This document shows, one piece after another, positions 51,682 through 64,000 of a stretch of 64,000 nt of DNA. The notes beneath the pieces are model-generated. The model saw only the letters and a program-made list of their open reading frames with translations. It was not told where the DNA came from and ran no database searches. Every line of letters starts with the position of its first letter. Position 1 is the first letter of the stretch. This DNA is from the human T2T-CHM13v2.0 reference genome, Homo sapiens, in the NCBI RefSeq assembly GCF_009914755.1, contig NC_060941.1; one strand, given 5' to 3'. Made by a program: the position numbers and the translations under genes.

Positions 51682-54289
51682 CTGCGGGTGACAAGAACGG
51701 GTCAGAATCAGGCAGCCTCGCTGGTCGGCGGGGCTGTCCGCCTGACCCCACACGGGGACACGTGCCTTCTGGAAAGGCATCTGCATGCCCTCGAGAGTCC
51801 CAGCCTCACGGTCGCGCCTCGCCCTCCGTGCACCTGCAGGCCACTTCCACACCCAGCCGCCCCTCCCAGCCACTGTTCCCTGGCCCACTGTGGTATGGCT
51901 TGCACCTGAACCCATGTCCCAAACCACTCTCCCCAGGGTCACCAAAGCCACCCTTCAAGCCAAGCCCGAGGGTCTCCTCCGGCCCTAACACACCTAGCTT
52001 CCCAGCAGCAGTTCCCCTCTTCCTCTCCTCTTCTCTGACCCCACACAGTGCCCTTGCCCCTCCCTCTCCAGCTCCATCCTCTTCCATCCCTCCTGAGCTG
52101 TGGTCCTGGGCTGCAGGGGGGCTGCAGGGGAGTGCCTAGGCCCAGCCTCTCCTGTTTCTGACCCCACCCCCTCCCATACACTCCTGCCCCGTGGCTCACA
52201 CGGCCAATCCTGTCCTCTCTCCAGCCTTTTGGACCAAGGAGACCGCTGCCTCCCAGGCATCAACATGTGGCTGTCCCTGAGGCATCACTGAAGCCTCGTC
52301 TTGCAGGGACGGAACTCATCTTCCTCCTCAAACTGGCACCTGCTCTATCTAGTCACCCACCCTAAATCTCCCAACCCACCCACGGGACCCGGCCTCTGCA
52401 GCCACTGCCCTAGGGCAGGCATTTCCTCTATTTCAGCAGTGCCACCTGCAACCCTCCTAGGATGCCCACTGCTTACAAGACCAAGCTTCTCAGGCCAGCG
52501 CTCTCAGGCACCCACCTGAAGTCAGCCTCAGCTCCTGCCTGCTCCCTGCTGAGGTCTAAGGACACCACACCATGCAAGCCTGGTACCGCCCACAGCCCTC
52601 CCACCGCCCTCCCACCGCTGTGCTTCTGTGTCTGTGCTGCCCCTGACATCCCATTCTGTACAGCAAACACTGACTCACCCTTCAAGGCCTAGGAGAAATA
52701 AACCTTTTCCACAGCCTGCCCAAATGACCCTTAATGGCAGAATCACACTCCCTCCCCCTTTCATTCCCAGAGACATTCGGCTGCACCCAGGGTGGCGTCC
52801 TCACCAGCAGCTCTACCCACCACCTTCTATCTTGCCCAGGCTCAACAAAAAAGGCAACAAATAAAGTACTTACTGCAAACCTCTAGCTACATCCAATATT
52901 TGAAGACAGCACCCAATCCACATGCTCCAGGGTGGGGAGCAGGTGACAAAACCTTGCATTCCTACCCAGGCACCAGTGGAACAAAGGAGAACCCCCTGTT
53001 CCGCTGAGGAGCCAAGGATCGCCTCTCAGTAACCCTCCAGCAGACACGGGCCTGCCTGGGCACCCATCTAGGAGATGAGGACCTTGGCCCCCAGGATCTG
53101 TCCATGGGCCAGGCTCACCTGCCTGGCTTGGCTTGAAGTTCAACGGTCCCAACTCTGAGGAGTGCCTGGGTTCCCTTCCAGAAAGAAGAGCTCGCCCAGC
53201 TCTGCCCATCCCATCTAGACCCCACCTCCCCTTCCCCACCCGGCTCTCAGGAGCGGGGACAGGTGCCTTTCCCAGAACTGTGTGGTCCCAATCCGGACCC
53301 ACCAGAAACACGGAGCAGGAGCCTCAGGGAAGGGATGAGGCCAGTACGGAAAGGCAGAGACCGGGGGGCCTGGAGAGAGTCGCTCCCTTTCCCTGGATCC
53401 CCACGAGCAAACGAGAAACAGGACCTCTAAGAGCTCAGAGTCTCTTCCCCCTTACCCCAAAGAGGGGTATTTGAAGCCCAGAAAGGCTCGGAGCCTGGCC
53501 TAAGGTCAACCAAGTCAGAATGGGCCCCAGACTCCCTCCTGCAGCCCGCACCCTACGCCGCGGCACTCCCTCAACTCTGGCCACTGAGGACCTTCAGTAA
53601 CTGTGCATGTCATGGCTCTCCACCCCACCCTCTCCAAGCCTGCAGTGGACTCCCAGGAACCACGAGGATGTACAAAGACCTCCCTTCCAGGATCCAACCG
53701 CCCCAGGAAGGGCACCCCCAATCCCCTCGCACGTGAGCAGCCCCACACACCTGCCTGACTCTAGTGACAGAGCAGAAAGACAGCCGGGGCGGTGGTCGGT
53801 CAGCTTGCAAACAGCAAGAGGCAGGGCAGCCAGGTGGAGGAACTGCCCCCACAGGGTCCCTGAGAAAGGCTGTGCTGGCTGCCAAGCCCCTGGAATAAGG
53901 GGAGAAGCAGGAAGGGCCCCCACCCAATATAGAACAGCAGTTTTGAGCTATGAGATCCCAAAAGTGGGGAGTCAAATACCTAGACAGAGACAGCCTGTGT
54001 TCTTTCGCATGTCTGGAATGGGAGGACAGAAAGGAGGGAGGACAAGGCAAGGTGGCCGCGGCTCCCACTCTCCTTCCCCAGCCCAGGGAGACGACCCTCA
54101 GGGGGTACCTATTCCCTATCCCGTTTCAAAGGAATGCAGCTGGCTCCCAAGGGGCCTCCTCTCCCCAGGACAGCATGTTTTACCCTAATCCTTCCTCCTA
54201 GGAACCCCGAAGGTCTCCCCACCCCTGGATGAAGGCTGAGCGATCTCCCCCGCAGGCAGCTGGCTGGCTCACCAGGTCCCGGTGCTCAC

Positions 54290-54494
54290 CTGGTGCAGTT
54301 GGCAGCTGCCCTCCCCTCGGCTCTGGAGTCTCAGGATGGCCGTGGCAGCAAGGCAGCCAGCTCTCCAGCTCAGCCCCAGCATTGCCCGGGTTCCTTGTTC
54401 CAGCCTCTGCCGCTACCCTTGCCCTAATGCAGCCAGTCGGCCCGGGGCTGGAGCTCCGGCTGGCTTCGGGTTTCAGTGGGGCCAGGCCTGCCAT
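54290..54494 (-). CDS. CLUH: Candidate alternative CLUH first coding exon (MAGLAPLKPEASRSSS...GGQLPTAP)
   Basis: GCCATGG Kozak at 54494; CAG|gtgagc donor in phase 1, in frame with exon 2. Confidence 0.55.
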
Positions 54495-55817
54495 GGCAGC
54501 CCCAGGAAGGGCACACTCCCCCTGCCTGGCATCCCGCTCAAGGTCGGCCAGAAGGACGGCTGTGGGCCAGGAGAACCCGGTGGCCCCAGGACCCCAGGGG
54601 GAGCTGCTATCAGCACTCAGGCCCACCTCCCTATGCCCCCTAGAGAGGGGGTCACTGCCGGCAAAGCCGCTAGGGGGATCGGAGAACCCAGAATTTGGGG
54701 TACCTGGACCCCTCAAGATTGAGGGCCTAGGAGACTGGCTGGCAGGGGCAGGGCCCAGCAAGGGGGTCCTCTCCTCCGCTCCCATCCCAGTGGGGGTGAA
54801 CAGGACCGCTTCTGCCAGCTGCCGCCAACAGCTGGCACAGACCCGGGTCCAGGCCATAAGGTGGCTGCCTCTGCCCACCAGTCCCAGACACTGAGCACCC
54901 CACTGTCCCTGGGCCAAGGGCCTGGCTGGGACCTCTGGCTCCTGCTGCCCCCTGCAGGTGACCTGGCTGCCAGCCCCTTCCTGGGAGTCACTGGTTCTGG
55001 TGGAAGGGAGGGGGATGGGCCCCCAGCTTCCCAGAGGACAACTGCACCCGTGCCCCTGGCCTCCAGGCTCCATCAAGAAGCTGGCAGGCTCCATCTTCCC
55101 TTCCCAGCAGCCCCGGCTCTGCCAGGAGGGAACCAAGTCTCTCCCAGGGGAGAACAGAGCTGGCAGCAAGAGGCCAGTGGCCGCACGGCGGGGGAGGAGG
55201 TGCCCAGCTGGCCAGGGCGCCTTCCCAGGGCCTCTGACATGCTGCCAGTGCCCAGTAAGGGCTGCCCCAGCATCCACCCTACCCAGGGTGGGCGGGAGCC
55301 AGGCTCTCACTCCATCCCCTCCCCTCCAGGACCAGGGATCAGGCAGACCCTGGGCTGCTTCACAGCCCCCATGGAAGGTTCTGGGTCTCACACAATGACC
55401 AGAGGAGAAGGACCAGGCCTAGACAGAGCCCCTCTGCTCCTACCCTCTCCTGAAATACACCCTAACCCTCCGGAGAGAGGGGTGGGGCAGGGCAGCCTGG
55501 CAGTGACCCCAGAGAAGTGTTGACAACCACCTGCACTCTGATTACCACAGAGCCAGGACTCACGCTAGGCCCAGCCCACGGCAGCTCCCTAAACCGCCGT
55601 GCCAGCCCATCTCACCTGAGGAAACTGAGGCTCCAGAAGGCTAGGAAGCAGCTGCCCAAGGTCACAGAGGCAAGAGGAGCCAACCCAGAGCAAGAAAAAA
55701 CCAGGTGTTACTATCACATTTGGGATTAAGTTTAAAAAAAAAAGGAAAGAAAAAACAGGAGTGTCAGACGCCCAAGCCCATGGCTTTTGAGTCACTCCCA
55801 CTGAGCGCGGGCTACCC

Positions 55818-55887
55818 ACCCGCTCCCACCGACCTGCTCCCGCCGACCCGCTCCCATGGACCCGCTCCCACTGACCCACTCCCACTC
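55818..55887. repeat. 14-bp minisatellite (ACCCGCTCCCACYG-like) x5
   Basis: Direct reading. Confidence 0.8.
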
Positions 55888-58239
55888 AGCGCAGCCCACC
55901 CACCCCCTCCCGAGGGGCCCGGCAGCACCCACAGGTAGGCTGCACCTGCCTCCTCGTCCAGGCCTCAGCCTCTACTCGGGGGGGGGGGGCAGAACTATCC
56001 CAGTCACAGCACTCCCCAAGGCCTCTACACCCTTGGGCCAATACTCCCTCCTCTCATAGTCCAGGAGCACCTCTGAGGATGTGAGCTTTAGGGGAGGGGA
56101 AAAGGAGGTCTTCTGCAGAGCGGGAGAGCCGTGCCCCAACAGCACTCTGCATACACGCAAACTCAGATGCTAGTGAAGAGACAAAGCACACCCTTGCCCC
56201 GGCCTGGAGGCGCCGGGAGCCCAAAGGCGGCAGAGAGGAGGAACTAGAAAAGAAACTTAGGCCTCCCAGAGGACCTGTGTGCTGCCCAAGCCAGGCACAA
56301 TCTCACTCAGAAGACTGTGCCAGGGCCAGGCCACGCCCCAGCCAAGGCCTCAGCAAGTGAGGCTCCAGCAGGAAGTAGGGTCCGAAAAGGTGCATCACCC
56401 GTCCCGGGAGCCCAGGGCTTCAGGGAAAGGCAATGGGGCGGGCAGGCGGCCTATGGAAGAACCTACAGACCAGGCACCTGTTTGCCTCCTTCCTGTCCCA
56501 CCCAGGCCAGAGGCAGGCGTTCAGGGCCTGAGGACAGTTCAGAGTTCCTCAGGCTGCTCTCCCCACATCCCATCCAAGATCCTGTTGCGGAGCTCCCATA
56601 AGCCCCTAGACTCCTTCCCCAGCTGCCAGCCTCCTCCTCCTCCCCCTCTGGGCCTCAACTCCAGGGAGCCCTCCCCTGGGCAGAAGGAACCTGACGCACC
56701 ACTGTGGACCTGAAAAACCTGCCTGTTCTCTTAACCCCTAAAAGCCGCTGTATGCCCAGGAAGGTAACCAACCCTTGCCCCCGACCCTCAATGGCCTAGA
56801 TCAGCTCCTTCCTAAGGGGGCTGAAGAGCCTTCCAGAGCTGGATCTCAGAGGTCAGAAGCCTTGGTTCTGATGCTCAGGTGGGCCCCAGCTGGGGGGTCT
56901 TCATTAAGGCTCCTTCCTTCTTTCAATAGATCCGGGCTGGCTGTAACGTAAGTCCTAGCTAGCTGTACTACCTTCCCAGGGACGTAGGAGCCCATGTCCT
57001 GCCCACGAGTATGCTCCCAGTTTCCCCAAAACAAATAGCTGTGCCCTTCCCTGACTCAGTTTACCCCCGACAGAGCCCCCCCACCCCCAGCAGAGTTAGG
57101 AAGGGGCTTCACTGACTCCCTCACAGAAATCCTCCAACAGACGCTCGTCAGCCCCCTAGTTCTCAGCACGGGATCCAAACCAACACGCCTGTCCCAGCTT
57201 CCTCTGGGCCAGGCCACGGCAGCCTTGGCTTGCTGGCCATGAGCTGGAATCCAAACACTTCCCTTAACAGCTAAATCGCTGTGTGACCTTGGGCAAGTCA
57301 CTTCGACTCTTCGGGTCTCTGCTAGAGGGGAAATCAGCCAACCTCCTCTCATCCAGCCTGCCCCCACTGATTCAGAGCCACATCAGCACAAAGCCTGGTA
57401 GGTTGGGGCGATGAGCATCTGCTCTTCTGCCCAAACCTTGGCCTTGTCTAGACAATCAGCAGTACTGCCCCAGCACCTGTCCCTCACCCCAAGGCAACTC
57501 CGCTATGATGGGAACAGGGTCAGAGGGCTGAACGCTGTCCCCATCCTGATTCCCAAGTCAGCCCTGGCGCACTCACTGAAGCTGGGAAGGGAGATGATGA
57601 GGCGTTAAGACCACAAGTCCCAACTGAGGACAGTCGACGGAGGAGGGAGGGACTGGGGGACAGGAGTAGCTCTGCACCTCCACTGCCACCCAGAGCAAAG
57701 AGGGCCTGAGGAAGATGACGACTGAGGGCCTGGGAAGGGGATTCCAGCCCCAAGGCTGGAGTCTGAGACACGGTGGAGGGAACAGAAGGAAGAGAAGGGG
57801 CTCAGGAGAAAGGGAAAGCAGGCCCCACCCGAGACAAGCTGCAGCCACTGCCACAGTCACCACCATACAGCCCCCATGGGGGATCGCTGGGAGCTTGACT
57901 CCACACTAACGACCTTTGCCTTAAAAACAGCAACTCTGGTCTGACCCACTTTTCGCAATAAGGCAGGTTAATGATCAAGTTCTGGCACAAACACTTCCCC
58001 CTGCCAAGGAGTTTGGCTCTGCCCCATGCAAAGGCAGACGCCCCCTACACCAGGTCGGCCGAGCAGGCCAACACACCTGAGAGTCTCCGCCACAGCCTGA
58101 AGACCTGCGGTTATAGCCTGGCCTCAGGGCATGAACCAGGGACGCCCCTCACAACGCACACCCCGCACCTCGTGCTCTTCCCACAAACCAAGCCTGGGAA
58201 GCCTCGAGCGGAGCTTCACTCCCAGGGCTGCAGCCCTGC

Positions 58240-59140
58240 GCACAGGGAATGCCTGGGAGGCCGCCGCGGAGCAGGTGCCGAAGGGGGCTGTCCCGCAAAC
58301 GTCGGAGCGACCCCAGCTCAGAGAGCTCCCATGCTCGGGCGCAGAGGGGGTGGGGCCGCCGATTCTTTCGGTCTGCGGCGGCGGCGCACCCCGAAACCGC
58401 GTGTGCGCGCACGTGTCCCCGCGATGAGGCGCGCGTGTGCCCGCCGAGGGTGCCAGCCGAGGCTGCCCTCCACGGGACCGCACGTGCGAAACCCGGGCCG
58501 CAGCCGGGGGCGACTGTGAAGGTGACCTTCAGCGCGGGGGCGACCCGGTGAAGGCCCCAGCGAGATACAACCGGGCCCGACGCGGAGGGAAGGCGGCGAT
58601 CCCCGCGGAGTCCCGAACCCGCCCGCCCTGGTCCGGCGCCCCCCGCCCAGCGGCCCGCTGGCCCTGGCCCCGCTCACCGGCCGCGCCCGGCCGCCCCTTG
58701 CCCCCGGCCTGCGAGCCGTGTTCCCGGGCGCTGTCGGCCGGGGCGGCCGCCGGCAACTCGTCCGTCTTGATAACCATGGTGGCGGGAGCGGGCGTCCGCC
58801 TCGGCTGTCCGCGCCGCCCGCCGCGCCACTAACCCAAGTGCCCTGCGCGCCGCGGCTGCTGAGGGAAGGACGGAGTCACCGGCCCACGTGGTGCGCGCCG
58901 TGGCCTTTGACCCCGCCGCCGTTTCCCTGCCCCACCCTCGCGCCCGGCCCAGCCCACGGCGGCCCGCGAGGGACAAAACGCGCCGCGCCTGGTTCCCCGC
59001 CCACGGACGCGGTGACTTTCCAGAACGTCTTAAAGGCAACGCACTCTGACTCAAGGCCCAGGGAGGCTGGGCGCCCTCGCGGGGCGGGGCCTCGGGGAGA
59101 CTCCCTGCTGCTCGCTGCCCGTCGGGCGGGCACTGTGACC
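58240..59140. promoter_or_regulatory. CLUH: CLUH CpG-island promoter and exon 1 region
   Basis: Very high GC/CpG; GC box 59081-59089; CACGTG at 58410, 58481, 58885; TGACCTT at 58523 and 59136. Confidence 0.9.
58678..58777 (-). CDS. CLUH: CLUH exon 1 coding part (MVIKTDELPAAAPADSAREHGSQAGGKGRPGAA)
   Basis: Perfect Kozak GCCACCATGG; donor G|gtgagc in phase 1; all 26 exons sum to 4047 nt (1348 aa + stop). Confidence 0.93.
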
Positions 59141-59959
59141 TTGGGTGGAGACTGGTCTGGTTCTGCCATGGCTAATCCTCCCCTCTCCAAGGATCCCCTG
59201 TTTTCTCTTGCAGATTTGCTAAATGACCGCGCAGTCTGTCATCTGCGGTGTTCGCGTGACCCTCAGCGCCCTCCCCACCCGGCAGGCCCTTTCCCGCCGA
59301 ATGGGTGCGGCTGGATTATTGAGGGAGTGGAGGGTCGCTTAGGGCACGGGCACGAGAGGCGAGGGCGAGACGTGGCTAATGGGGATCAAGAGTCAGAATG
59401 GACCCGCCAAACTTTGCCCCGAGCCAGAACGGGCTCCCTACCCGCGTCCTCGACCCATGGGTCCTCACCTCCAGGCTGGTGTCCTCATTTTACAGTGGAG
59501 GAGGCCGAGACCAAGGTCACACAGAGAGCAAGGGGTAGAGCCGGGTCTGACTCCATCCACAGCCAGGACGCTTTAACTCGTATTTTTCACTTGGCAGGGG
59601 CTTGGCGGGGACGGAACGGTGAGGTCAGAGAATGCTGCAGAGGGGACATTGGGACCAGGTCTTGCAGTGAGTTGAAGTGCTCCAGGCAGAGAGCGCCGGT
59701 GGGTCTTTCCTGGCCAGGCCGCAGGGGGCCTTTGGGAAGCACCCGAGGCCTATAACCTTCGGAGCGTTTGTCAAGCTCTAATGAGAACTGGAAAGCTTCA
59801 GCTTCCCGAGGTGGGCTGGGAGGGCCCTAGGTAGGGCCTCGCACAAATTGCGAAGGAAAGCCGACCTTGTTCTGGAGAGCACGTGGTGAGGAAAGCCAGC
59901 GACTTGATGTGAGCATTTAAACGGGAGGAAGGAAGATGAGAACTGGTAAGATTCTTCTC

Positions 59960-60888
<929 letters not shown>

Positions 60889-61156
60889 TCATTCCATTTA
60901 CGCTGGATAATGTTGTATTGTTTGGTTGTACCATAATTCTTTTAGCCGGTCACCTGACTGATGGGTACTTAGTTTGTATTCATGAAACTCCAGGGTTTTT
61001 GAGAATTGTGCCTAGTGGCCCAGTGCAGCTGAAGTTGGAAGCCCGTGCATGTTGCTAATGCTACTCATAATAGGAAGCTCAGTTTTAACCCTGGGGGTTG
61101 GGGAAGAGCAGCAAGCCTGGGGTTAGAGAAACAGACACGTATAAAAAGCATCATCC

Positions 61157-63750
<2,594 letters not shown>

Positions 63751-64000
63751 ATAATCTGCAGTTTATCTTTGGTGGATCCCTTCCCCTTTCCCTCGCAGGG
63801 TCCTGTTGCACAGCAGGCGTCCTTAGGGCTACCTCATGGCACTCCTGAGCACTGCAGTTTTCCTATCTTTTGGGTCCCTGCATAAAGATAAGGAGGAGGG
63901 TTATCTAGTCTGAGACCCAGCCTGCATAATTAGCCCGCTCAAAGCCTCCCACCTCCCTAATTACTGTTATCATGGATACACCCACTCAGCAGGCCATTCC

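Noticed and set aside
55600-59520. Additional CCAAGGTCA nuclear-receptor motifs near 55657, 57284 and 59511
   Set aside because: They lie in MIR-like sequence whose consensus contains this motif, so their presence is uninformative.
58718-59755. 345-aa plus-strand ORF over the CLUH promoter
   Set aside because: Non-ATG start, CpG-island composition and partly MIR-like sequence; a divergent non-coding transcript is possible but cannot be supported from sequence alone.

Overview
Human-type (primate) genomic DNA matching the chromosome 17p13.3 Miller-Dieker region, with two convergent genes. On the + strand are intron 2 through the 3' end of PAFAH1B1 (LIS1): coding exons 3-11 at 12557-28947 and an Alu-free 3' UTR of about 3.8 kb ending near 32760. 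On the - strand is the complete CLUH gene: 26 coding exons at 37724-58777 giving 1348 or 1347 aa, a CpG-island promoter near 58.2-59.2 kb, and the tailed mirtron MIR6776. The introns are very Alu-dense and also hold two L1 fragments, MIR/MER relics, and retrocopies of three small RNAs (U13 snoRNA, 7SL, BC200), each with a visible target-site duplication. The most interesting unexplained structure is a chain of minus-strand, splice-site-bounded, phase-compatible exon-like blocks (about 4.8-9.0 kb) inside PAFAH1B1 intron 2. It may be a decayed nested antisense gene or spliced antisense RNA, but this is inference and needs comparative testing. Other notable points are a GC-AG intron and a NAGNAG acceptor on the same CLUH exon, and an in-frame alternative CLUH first exon. 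Exon coordinates were read by hand from splice sites; repeat boundaries are approximate and family names are from recall, not database searches.
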